Notes under the pieces: generated by a model
Databases searched by the model: none
What the model was told of the DNA's origin: nothing
Seen by the model: only the letters and a program-made list of their open reading frames with translations
Assembly: GCA_965644315.1 (NCBI GenBank)
Contig: CBFFRQ010000018.1
Span: forward strand, 124,001 to 188,000
From: Caecitellus pseudoparvulus
Lineage: Eukaryota; Protista; Bigyra: Bicosoecida
DNA length: 64,000 nucleotides
Reading direction: 5' to 3'
In this document: one piece after another, positions 21,948 through 31,361 of the stretch
Layout of the letters: each line of letters starts with the position of its first letter
How positions within the stretch are numbered: position 1 is the stretch's first letter
Made by a program: the position numbers and the translations under genes

Positions 21948-24551
21948 ATGCGTGAGCTCTTGAGCCAAGAAGCTGAGCGGCCGGCAGTGGCAGCTTCCAG
22001 CTGCCTGTGCCAAGGTGCCGAGCGTCCGCACGAAAGGGCATCTACACCCCACGAACCACAAGCAATGAAGGGATCAAAAGCTTCGTGTCGCATCTTCCAG
22101 TCGCGGGCATGCACAATGATTGCAGGCTTGCTCGTGTTGAGTGCAGCGGTAGCTGTGCTCCCCTGGCGTGCGTTGGGCTCGGCATTGTCTGGAAGGCCTC
22201 CACTGCTCAAGAGGGGCCACCAGCGCACACCATTCGCTAAACGTAATGCAGATTCGATTGAAGCTGCTGCTATTGCAGTTTTTGAAGCTAGGGACACGCG
22301 CTTTGCACCTGGCTCCGGAAGCGCAACGTCTGGCCGCAGGTTCACTGGTGCACCTGTTCGAGGCCTGCCGAACGGCACGTCCGTAGACACCTTGATCAGC
22401 CGAGCCCTCGGTTGCACCTACAATTACTCGTGTGACTCCCTGGCTGGCCTTCAAGGGTGCAGTGCGGAGCGGCCCTTCGCAGCTGTTGTGACGACCATCG
22501 CCTCCGCCCCTACAGAAGCTGTGACGGAGCTGGCCTCAGCAAGGCCAGACGTGGACATATTCGTCGTGGCAGACCGCAAAGGGCCAAACTCATGGCCCAA
22601 GGCAACTCCGGCCAACATCCACTACCTCACAGTGCCATATCAGGAGCAACACGAGTTCCAGGCTTTCTCACCTCCTTGGAATCACTTCGGCCGCAAGAAC
22701 TACGGCTACCTAGCCGCTCTGGCGTCAGGCGCATGCTTCATTTGGGACTTTGACGACGACAACGTACTGCTTGATGCAAAGAACGGTGTGTTGAAAACTG
22801 CCCACCTTTCCAGCTGGGCTGCAACCACGCTGCAGCTCAGCCGAGCGCCAAGCAGCGGGGCCAGCTCACCCTGGATCAACCACCTGCCATTCATGGGCGC
22901 AACGTCCTTCATCTGGCCCCGCGGGACGCCCCTGGAGCAGGTGCAAGACAGCACGACCTTCTTACCCACCGTCTCTGGCGCACAGGCGTGCAAGCAGGAT
23001 GCAGCTCGCCCGGGCTGCATCCGCCTGGGGCCCACCTGCTCCTGCCTGGGTATTCTCAGCAGCCTGGCACAAGGGAACCCAGACCTTGACGCTGTGCAGC
23101 GGCTGACTGGCCCTGCGCCTGTGGACTTCAAGCGGGAGCTGGGTGTCATGGGCGTTCTGGGCCCCGGCACGACAGTCTCCCACAACGCCCAGGCCACCCT
23201 GCTGAGCCGCGATGTGGTGCTGTTCGCCATGCTGCCGATGACAGTTCACGGTCGCGTGTCTGATATCTGGCGGGCCCTTATTGCCAACCGCATCGCAGAG
23301 GTTGCAGGGCTGGCGGTGGCGGTGACGTCTGGCGCCGTGGTGCACCACCGCAACCCACACAACTACCTCGCCGACCTGGACGCTGAGCAGCCGCTTTATG
23401 CACAAGCGGGCGTGTTGGGCCAGCTGCTGCAAGCGTGGAAGCCTAACTCCAACAGCATCGCAGGTGCCACTGTGGAAGTATATGTGCACCTGTACGAGAG
23501 GGGCGTGCTGGAGTGGCCCGACGTTACCTGGGCCGTGGAGTGGGTGCGGGCAGTGACGGGCCTCGTTGGAGATGCCCCAGTCAAGAAACAGGCAGCGCTG
23601 CCTTCCCCGCCAGCGCCTGTCCCGCGCCTGGCTGGGGTGACAGCCGTCGTGCACATCAACTTCGACCACACAGAGGTAATCGCGCCCTGGTTGGCGATAT
23701 GGGGGCGCGTATACGACAGCGTGGTGTTCTACGTTCCTGGCCGCGAGAAGTGTGAGGCGTCTGGGCTGCCACGCGGCATAGATGTCAGGATGGTGTGCCA
23801 TGTGCCCTCCGACACCCGCCCACGGGGTGGAGCTCCGGGCCTTAGGGGCGTTGCTGGCCGCAATTCCCAGCCCTGGAAGGAGCTCTTCAGCGGATACTTT
23901 GCGTATGAGTCCCTTCTGCATGCCCTGCTCAATACTCCAGTGCCTGACAAGGGCTACATGTTCATGCACGACGACGCAATCGTGAACGTGCCGCTCATGG
24001 CCCAGAAGCTGCGAACACTGAAACCAGGAGTTGGCCTGCCGTGCGACAAGGCCATCACGCGTCTGGCGTACAACGCGGGCGACAAGACAGTGTCTAGGAT
24101 GCCGAAACATAGCGAATGGATGTGGTCCACACATGACATTGGCATTCGGGCGCTGCAGGCAGCTGCACAGGAGAACCCTGCCATCCACAGCGCCCTGGCT
24201 TTTTGCCAGGAGAAAATTGGCGGCATCCCTGCAGATTCCTGTGACTCCTACTTCTGGCCGGCTGCGAGACGGAAGGAAAGCGTCGCCTTCCTCCAGACCA
24301 TGCTGAAACACAGGGTGTTCCTGGAGATCGCCATGCCGATAGCGGCGCACTGTGGACCGGTGCGCAGCGGCAGCCCTGGCGCGGGAGCCCCGATTGTGAA
24401 GGGGGATCGCACGACACCATACAACTCCTGGAGGGATTTCGATCCCAAGCAACACATATACGTGCATCCAGTGAAGCTTGGTTTGCGGCATGGACCGTTC
24501 GTCCATGCGATGGTGCGAGATGGCAAGGTGAAGCAAGAGAGGCCAAAGTAA
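21948..24551 (+). CDS. STELLO/DUF288-like glycosyltransferase, copy 1
   Basis: N-terminal hydrophobic anchor (IAGLLVLSAAVAVL). Motifs VVTTI, VVADRKGP, WNHFGRKNYGYL-A---GA-FIWDFDDDN, PDLDAVQRLT, PMTVHGRVSDIWR and HHRNPHNYLAD-DAE are typical of STELLO/DUF288. Confidence 0.88.
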   Translation: MRELLSQEAERPAVAASSCLCQGAERPHERASTPHEPQAMKGSKASCRIFQSRACTMIAGLLVLSAAVAVLPWRALGSALSGRPPLLKRGHQRTPFAKRNADSIEAAAIAVFEARDTRFAPGSGSATSGRRFTGAPVRGLPNGTSVDTLISRALGCTYNYSCDSLAGLQGCSAERPFAAVVTTIASAPTEAVTELASARPDVDIFVVADRKGPNSWPKATPANIHYLTVPYQEQHEFQAFSPPWNHFGRKNYGYLAALASGACFIWDFDDDNVLLDAKNGVLKTAHLSSWAATTLQLSRAPSSGASSPWINHLPFMGATSFIWPRGTPLEQVQDSTTFLPTVSGAQACKQDAARPGCIRLGPTCSCLGILSSLAQGNPDLDAVQRLTGPAPVDFKRELGVMGVLGPGTTVSHNAQATLLSRDVVLFAMLPMTVHGRVSDIWRALIANRIAEVAGLAVAVTSGAVVHHRNPHNYLADLDAEQPLYAQAGVLGQLLQAWKPNSNSIAGATVEVYVHLYERGVLEWPDVTWAVEWVRAVTGLVGDAPVKKQAALPSPPAPVPRLAGVTAVVHINFDHTEVIAPWLAIWGRVYDSVVFYVPGREKCEASGLPRGIDVRMVCHVPSDTRPRGGAPGLRGVAGRNSQPWKELFSGYFAYESLLHALLNTPVPDKGYMFMHDDAIVNVPLMAQKLRTLKPGVGLPCDKAITRLAYNAGDKTVSRMPKHSEWMWSTHDIGIRALQAAAQENPAIHSALAFCQEKIGGIPADSCDSYFWPAARRKESVAFLQTMLKHRVFLEIAMPIAAHCGPVRSGSPGAGAPIVKGDRTTPYNSWRDFDPKQHIYVHPVKLGLRHGPFVHAMVRDGKVKQERPK

Positions 24552-24675
24552 AACCCCGATGAATCCCACTGTGTGAATACACACAGTTAATAACGTCGCT
24601 CTTCATGCACAGATGCACTTGGTCTTGTCATACGCATTTCGCCCCATGGTTCGGCAAGGCAGATTAGTGGACTCT

Positions 24676-25180
24676 TCACAGGACCCGCACCTGCCCATTC
24701 CCTACCCCGCCCTCCGACCCCTGAAACAGTCCACCATCACCAGCCTGCAGACGCCGCTCCAGACGAGCCGCATCAATGCTCACAGAGTACCCATGCAGCT
24801 GCCTCAGCAGTGCCTGCGGCGGCTCGCGCTCCTTCTCCGATGCCATGCCTGCGTCGCTGCGACATGCGTTGCCGGCCGCCACACACAGGCACCCTCACAG
24901 CGTCACCTGCGAAGACCAGCGATCAACTGACGAACCCCAGTACACGTGCACAGTGAAGAAGCCTCCTACCTCCCTGCCGTCGCCCCACAGCCCTCCCCTG
25001 GCCCCACACCAGTGACTGCCCGCACCGGCTGGCTCTCGCCGAAGTGGCGAGCACACAGTGCGCAGCCAAGCTGACCTGCACGTAGTAGGGTGCAGAGCAG
25101 CGAAGCGGCATGTGCCACGTGCAGATAAGGTGCACGGTTGCGTTTTTGTGTTTGCGGGGTGCTGGAAGGTGGGAGGGGGT
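24676..25180 (-). pseudogene. Truncated paralogous fragment of the giant gene's 5' end and upstream region (direct repeat copy 2)
   Basis: ORF 24676-24882 (EKEREPPQALLRQLHGYSVSIDAARLERRLQAGDGGLFQGSEG) matches the N-terminus of the 4552-aa protein and stops after 68 aa. Confidence 0.85.
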
Positions 25181-25253
25181 GAAGCTCGCAACACGCCGTG
25201 TAGATTTTGATTGACTCTGCCACTTGCACAGCCCACGCACTAGGAACGGCGCT

Positions 25254-27665
25254 CTATGCTGCTCCCCGCAGGCCAAGATCGAGGGCTTTGGAAGTTGGCC
25301 GCGAAAATAAGTGGGGGGCGTGCTTGACTAGCACTCCAAGTGATCCACCTTCCTGCCCCGCCCAAGACGCCTTGCAGCTGACAAACTTGTCCTGTGGCAC
25401 GCTGCTGCAGTCTTTGGCATGCCAGGTGTGCTGCAGGTCATGGTCACACATGCGCAGCACAGCCAGACCATGGGCCTGGACTCTCTTGTAGAAGGCGACA
25501 TCTTCACCCCCCCACCCCTTGAAGGAAGTGTCGAAGCCCCCAACCCTGTCAAAGTCAGACTTGTACATGACCACCATACCATAGCCATACTCTCTCCAAT
25601 TGCCATTATGGGGAGACAGGTCGTAAAATGGGTGGCCGAACCAGTCCTCCACCGCCTGCACCGCTTCAGGGTTGTACTTAGACCACACCACTGGAAAGTA
25701 CGCCGTGCCTCCCCGACGGACCAGTGCCACCGCCCGCAACAGGAACCCCACCTTCACGTGCATGTCTACATCCAGCACCAACAACAGAGCATCACTGGGC
25801 GCAGACGCTGCCGCAGCATTGATGTTGGCGGAGCGGGCCATTGGCTCATGCACTTGCACGATGGCCACCTGCATATCGCCAGTTCTGTACAGCTCTTGGA
25901 TGCTCTCCCGTTGGGCATTGTCGGCGGCGGTGTCGCGTTCATCGCACACTGACCAACCAATGTACACGGAGCCAGTGAAGCCCCCTAAGGTAAAAGCTTC
26001 CTTCATGTTTTCCAGCAGGCGGTGCAGCATGTCATAGCGGCACGAGAAGGGAACGACTGCATGCAGAGTCATGCCGCTTGTGTCACGGCTGTGCACAGCA
26101 AGCAAGGGGGGGTCCGACGCCAAAGACACCTGCACCTCCAGCACTTGGTTGGCTGGTGCAGGCAGGGAGGCAATCACCGTAGTCGTGACACACTCCCGGC
26201 ACCACACGATGGCAACCGAGGCTAGTGCCAAGCTGGGTTGTTCAGCTTTGATTAGGCCTCGTACCTCCGTCAGCAATCTGGAAGCGGGAAGCCCCACCGT
26301 GGTGACAGTCGAAAAGCATTGCTTGATGTTGTTCCCGTCCACATTGGCAAACCACACGTCCTTTGGGCTGGGGCGCTGTGTGTGGCCAGCCTGTGGCAAG
26401 GCATGCAGCCACTCCAGCTTCACGCGGCGCCGCAAGTGCGAGCGCTGGCGCTGCATGGCGACCTGCAAGTCCCACTCTGCCACCAAAAGACCGGCAACAT
26501 CATCTGACAGGCCTGGTACTACTGCAGCGGCGAGCAGGGGACTGCTTTCCTCCCAGGCCGTAGAAGCCAGCAGCTCTTCCTCCAGTGCAGGCGTGGGCAC
26601 TTGCAGCGCACGCTGCACGTGGTGGCGCAGGGATTCAGGGGCCCCTGCAGGAAAGGGAGGTGGTGCTGCGTCACGGGGCTGGGCAGTCTGCACCAAGTTG
26701 CGCAGAATGCCAAGCCAAGGCTGGTTGCTTCCGCGGATGGGCGGCATGGTGCTGGGCAGATGCACTCGCGCCAGCATGCTCATCGGGACAAAGAGGGGGG
26801 TGCGCGCATCAAGCATGCCCTCTTCTGTCTGCCTGCTGACCATACCTGGCACCGAATGCACTTGCAGATCCACCATGAGGTTGTGCACACGTCCTGCATG
26901 TGCCACCATGGAGTCATCGAAGAAGCCAGCCCAAGCAATCTTCGTGCTGCCGCTGTCACGAGCTGCTTGGGATGCCCAAGCAAGCGTATGGAATGCGAGT
27001 TGAAGGGGAGACATGTCATGGTTTGGGAGAGGACCCCATGTGATGCCCACGACCTGCCTCGCGGAGCTGGGCAGTGCCTTGACCGTTGCAGGCGATGCCA
27101 GAATAACAGGCTGCAAGCCTGCGCCGGCAGCTTGAGCGGACCACTCCGCGACTTCTGTGAAGCGCTCAGCTCTGCGCAACACCCAGACAGCCACTAGAAG
27201 TGCAGGGGTTTCCGGTGAGGGGGGAATGACCAAGGAAAACTGGGATGAGCGTTCAAGAAGCTGCCAAAGCGGAACTGCCTGGTTGAAGGCAGCCACACAA
27301 GCATCAGCTCCTTTGCCACTTTGGCCGGCTGTGCTGCCCAGAAGGCCCTGGAACTGAAACATCAAGTAGAAAATCAGAATGACAAGAATGCTGACAGCAA
27401 CGAGCCAAATGAGGCGGACAAGATGTCTGTGCCGCTTGTCGCATTGGCGGCGTTTCAGCATGTCGGCATCCACACAAACTGACAGGATGCCGCCTGTGAG
27501 GAAGGCGCTGGGGCACCCCGAGCACGGGAGGCACCGAGTTTTCGTCATGATCTGCACCTTCCTGTAACAAGTTCGTTTCGGATTTTGGATTAGTTCTGCT
27601 GGCGGGTTCGTTTTCCGGTTGTGAACATGTTGCGCTTGAGGAATTTGTGAGTGCAGGACAACCAT
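25254..27665 (-). CDS. Chondroitin synthase / chondroitin GalNAc-transferase (CHGN, GT7-like) glycosyltransferase; probable start 27461
   Basis: TM anchor (LIWLVAVSILVILIFYLMF). C-terminal DVD motif, YFPVVWSKYNP, WREYGYGMVVMYKSDFDRVGGFDTSFKGWGGEDV and H-WH, characteristic of CHGN/GT7. Confidence 0.85.
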   Translation of the reverse strand: MVVLHSQIPQAQHVHNRKTNPPAELIQNPKRTCYRKVQIMTKTRCLPCSGCPSAFLTGGILSVCVDADMLKRRQCDKRHRHLVRLIWLVAVSILVILIFYLMFQFQGLLGSTAGQSGKGADACVAAFNQAVPLWQLLERSSQFSLVIPPSPETPALLVAVWVLRRAERFTEVAEWSAQAAGAGLQPVILASPATVKALPSSARQVVGITWGPLPNHDMSPLQLAFHTLAWASQAARDSGSTKIAWAGFFDDSMVAHAGRVHNLMVDLQVHSVPGMVSRQTEEGMLDARTPLFVPMSMLARVHLPSTMPPIRGSNQPWLGILRNLVQTAQPRDAAPPPFPAGAPESLRHHVQRALQVPTPALEEELLASTAWEESSPLLAAAVVPGLSDDVAGLLVAEWDLQVAMQRQRSHLRRRVKLEWLHALPQAGHTQRPSPKDVWFANVDGNNIKQCFSTVTTVGLPASRLLTEVRGLIKAEQPSLALASVAIVWCRECVTTTVIASLPAPANQVLEVQVSLASDPPLLAVHSRDTSGMTLHAVVPFSCRYDMLHRLLENMKEAFTLGGFTGSVYIGWSVCDERDTAADNAQRESIQELYRTGDMQVAIVQVHEPMARSANINAAAASAPSDALLLVLDVDMHVKVGFLLRAVALVRRGGTAYFPVVWSKYNPEAVQAVEDWFGHPFYDLSPHNGNWREYGYGMVVMYKSDFDRVGGFDTSFKGWGGEDVAFYKRVQAHGLAVLRMCDHDLQHTWHAKDCSSVPQDKFVSCKASWAGQEGGSLGVLVKHAPHLFSRPTSKALDLGLRGAA

Positions 27666-27896
27666 CGCTCGATCTGGGCCCTGAAAACCCCTCTACGCAC
27701 AGCTCACACAACAAACAGAATCATACTACTCCTTTTCTTTCCAACCAGAAGTCCACACTTGTGCAGCATCGCCACCATCTCTTTCAGCCGTCGCAGCAGG
27801 TTGAGGAGTCAACGTGGACTAATGTGCCAATCCCGAGTCAATCAATTGGAGCGACACCAGAGACTGACCTAATCCCATAGTTTAGAGACAGAGTGC

Positions 27897-29720
27897 TTGT
27901 TAATTGGCAAATTTGTGTTTCCGCTCCGGCTTGGCATGTGTACAGCCGATCCTTGGCTGCATTGCTTGGGCGAAAAGCTGTGCAGCTTGCGAATGCTACA
28001 AGGACTGCTCGTACAACGGGTGCTGCGAAAAAAGCACAGAGAAGAATCCCTCCTCCCTGTTCAGAGCATGCTGTGCCTCTGTATGCACCTTGAAATGTAT
28101 CCATGTCCGACAGCGAGCTTGCTCTACGACTGGAACAGGCCGAACGTACGAGCCGTGCAATCAGCATCGATGGCATCCCAGCGTGTTTGCACGGCAACCC
28201 GCGCGGAAATGCCACCTAGATGTGCTCGTCTGTCGTCAAAGGTGTCAAGTCAAAGGTTGGTCTATTGGATGGTGTTTCTTGCGACCCTGTTTCCTGGCGT
28301 GGTGGGCGGCATCCCAGCATGCTGTGTGGTGGAAGGCAACGCACTGCAGTTCTGTAGCTGCTGCACAAGCTCGAGCTTGAGCATCACACACAGTAGCATC
28401 ACGGACATCAATGCCAGTGCATTCAACAGCCTCATCAGTCTAAAATACCTCTATCTCAACTACAACGATGCCCTGACCAGTCTGCCTGCGGGCGTGTTTG
28501 ACAACCTCAACAGCCTCACATACTTGTCCCTGCACAACAACGCCCTGACCAGCCTGCCTGCGGGCGTGTTTGACAACCTCACCAGCCTCACAGACCTGGA
28601 CCTGAGCTGGAACAGGGCCCTGGTCAGCCTGCCTGTCGGCATGTTTGACAGCCTCACAAGCCTCACATCCTTGTACCTGAGCTACACCGACCTGACCAGC
28701 CTGCCTGTCGGCGTGTTTGGCAGCCTCACAAGCCTCACAGACTTGGACCTGAGGGGTAACGACCTGACCAGCCTGCCTGTCGGCGTGTTTGACAGCCTCA
28801 CAAGCCTCACATACTTGGACCTGAGGGGTAACGACCTGACCAGCCTGCCTGTGGGCGTGTTTGGCAGCCTCACGTACCTCACATACTTGGACCTTTCCGG
28901 GAATGACCTGACCAGCCTGCCTGTGGGCGTGTTTGGCAGCCTCACGTACCTCACATACTTGGACCTTTTCGGGAACGACCTGACCAGCCTGCCTGTGGGC
29001 GTGTTTGACAGCCTCACTCGCCTTACAGACCTGGACCTGAGCTGGAACCGGGCCCTGGCCAGCCTGCCTGTGGGCGTGTTTGACAGCCTCACAAGCCTCA
29101 CACGCCTTAACCTGAGGGGCAATGATGCCATGTCTTGCCTGCCTGTGGGCGTGTTTGACAGTCTCATCAGTCTGGTCAGCCTCTCCACGTCAGGATCACC
29201 CTTTGCGCGATCTTGCCCGCCACCTTCACCTTCACATTTTAGCTGCTCCATGCAAGATGTTCAAATACCCTCAAAATCTCAGCTCTGCGTGTGTCAGCGC
29301 TGCCCCGTTCTTCCGTTCAAGTCCAACAACACCATGAATTGCCATGCACCACATAGCTGTTCTGCCGCATCAGGAAACAATCCTTTCATCCTACATGAGG
29401 GTGCTGATGTAATTTGCTCTGGCAGTGCCTCTTGCACAAACGCCGTCATGTTTTGTACCCGCCCATCCACGCCTGGCTACTGCACCATTTCATGCACAGG
29501 AGCAGGTTCATGCGTAGGAAGCACGTTGTACGGCGCTTGGAGCTGCAGCCCAGGAATGTGCCCACCTGTAGTGGACGTTGTGTCCCTGTCTGGCCAGAGT
29601 CTGGCCTTGACTACGCCCACACCAAGTCCTTCTCCAAGCATGACTTCGCCACCCAACAAAACACCTTCTCAGATGCCGAGTAGATCACAGTCAGCGATCC
29701 AACACCATCAGCATGTGTGA
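27897..29720 (+). CDS. Secreted/surface leucine-rich-repeat protein with a Cys-rich region and S/T/P-rich stalk; true start probably downstream of 27897 and C-terminus possibly frameshifted
   Basis: Hydrophobic segment LVYWMVFLATLFPGVVGG, a Cys cap, ~11 LRRs of 24-25 aa (LTSLPVGVFDSLTSLTYLDLRGND), then Cys-rich and TPTPSPSPS segments. Confidence 0.85.
   Translation: MLIGKFVFPLRLGMCTADPWLHCLGEKLCSLRMLQGLLVQRVLRKKHREESLLPVQSMLCLCMHLEMYPCPTASLLYDWNRPNVRAVQSASMASQRVCTATRAEMPPRCARLSSKVSSQRLVYWMVFLATLFPGVVGGIPACCVVEGNALQFCSCCTSSSLSITHSSITDINASAFNSLISLKYLYLNYNDALTSLPAGVFDNLNSLTYLSLHNNALTSLPAGVFDNLTSLTDLDLSWNRALVSLPVGMFDSLTSLTSLYLSYTDLTSLPVGVFGSLTSLTDLDLRGNDLTSLPVGVFDSLTSLTYLDLRGNDLTSLPVGVFGSLTYLTYLDLSGNDLTSLPVGVFGSLTYLTYLDLFGNDLTSLPVGVFDSLTRLTDLDLSWNRALASLPVGVFDSLTSLTRLNLRGNDAMSCLPVGVFDSLISLVSLSTSGSPFARSCPPPSPSHFSCSMQDVQIPSKSQLCVCQRCPVLPFKSNNTMNCHAPHSCSAASGNNPFILHEGADVICSGSASCTNAVMFCTRPSTPGYCTISCTGAGSCVGSTLYGAWSCSPGMCPPVVDVVSLSGQSLALTTPTPSPSPSMTSPPNKTPSQMPSRSQSAIQHHQHV
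28393..29190 (+). repeat. Coding tandem repeat, ~11 units of 72-75 bp (LRR modules)
   Basis: Recurring ctgaccagcctgcctgt(c/g)ggcgtgtttg(a/g)cagcctcac at a 72/75-bp period. Confidence 0.92.
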
Positions 29721-31361
29721 CTCTCACTGGTACGCCGACTCACTGCGCTAGTGCCAAGGCGACGTACACTGAACAAGGGGGACCATCTCAAGATTGCTAG
29801 GGTCGCGGCCAGCTTCACTGTGACGGGAACAGCATCCAATAGCGCCAGTTCCCCGGCCGCATTCACTGCGAGTGTTTTACCTCGAATCCCATCCCTGACA
29901 CACCACCCCTACACCGCTCAGTGTGTGCCCAAACACCCTCGTCACACAACTCCTCGCCCCACCTCCACACTACCCATGCTTTTCAGCTCAGCTCGCATGT
30001 GCCGACCACTGCTCCTCCTCACAGGCCTTCGCCCTCCCTTGCCCCCGAGTAGGTTCATGCCTCTCCTACATTGACGTGCACCGCCTCATAATCAACCTGC
30101 ACACCGCGGCCTCGCATGCCAAGCCTGTGCCGATGGCTGGGCTGCTTCCTCACCCTGTACCACATGCCGCCAGTGACCCTACGGTGGCGTGGCGCCAGAT
30201 GTCGTCAAGGTGGGTTCCACAGCCGCACAGATGGGGCTGGGACTGGCCATGTCTCGATTCGCAATGCACGGGTATTGCGCGTGCTCCAGGATGTGTCGCG
30301 AGGGGCCTGTTCAGCAGCGGCCCGCGCCTGGCCATGTGGTACATCGGCATGGTGGGGCAGGTGGTGCTTCTGGTTTCCAACACGCCAGGTACACTGCAGG
30401 CGACAACCCACACTCTGGTCCACTGAGCTGATGTGTGTGGCATGGCCCAGCCGTGGCGAGCTGGCCAGCATCAGACCCTGCCACCCAACGGCACCATGTA
30501 CGCCAGTCAGCCTGAGCGTGCCCAAGGCGTGGATGTGCTGGGTATCATGCAGAGATAGCAAAAGTGTCCGGCTTCGCACGCTCTGGGTGTCTGGCTAGAG
30601 GGGTCTTCGCCGAGACACCCGGTGTCCGGGAATTGGCGTTCGGCCAGTTCTTGTCCCCCCCGTCACGGACCTCAGCAAAGGACATCGAGTAGTCCCTCGA
30701 AGCGCTCTGTGGCAAGAAACTGTCTCATTTTGTCATCCTCTGCGAATCTGTACACACCTGAAAAGGTTCAAGAGCATGATTCTGACGTTTCCCGTATTGC
30801 GTATTCCAATTGAATCTGTGTTTGACTGTTTTGGGGGCGACTGCAGAAGTTTTACACCTTGCCGGGCAATCCTATTCCACTTCACACGATACCAGCCTCC
30901 AGTGGTTAAAATCTGTGCGCTACTCCTTGCACGGCATCGCCTGTGATGGCATGGTGGCCTGGGGTGATGTGTCGCTTGCCTTTATGCCCAGAGCAGGGAT
31001 CTCAGGGGTGTCCGGGAAGCTATTTCCGCACCTTTTGCTGAGATGCCGGACACCCCAACCGTAGGGGGGTTGCCCCCCCCCTTGTGACCCCCCCCCCTCG
31101 TCGCCCGTGTCCAAGGCGCTGGAGGAGCAAGTGTGAGGTGAGTGTGGTGAAAACAAGAGGTTGCAATGCATTGAACTTCCTAACCCTAAGGCTGAAAAGG
31201 TCACCTTTACCACATGTCAAAGCTCAAGCTGTACTCTGACGTAGCTTGCATGGAGGCAACTTGCAATGTAAAGGGTGGCTATCCTTGGTTGAGGGGTTTG
31301 TGTCGCAAATAGTGAAGTCGACGAATCTCGTTTCGCTGATGTGCGAAGGTTGAAGTGGAGG

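Noticed and set aside
22962-24584. 540-aa minus-strand ORF (and its copy at 62779-63951)
   Set aside because: Antisense to the motif-bearing STELLO gene; no independent evidence of coding.
28393-29190. Periodic repeat with variable segments, considered as a CRISPR-like array
   Set aside because: The 72/75-bp in-frame units encode LRRs; there are no unique spacers and no cas genes, and the context is eukaryotic.
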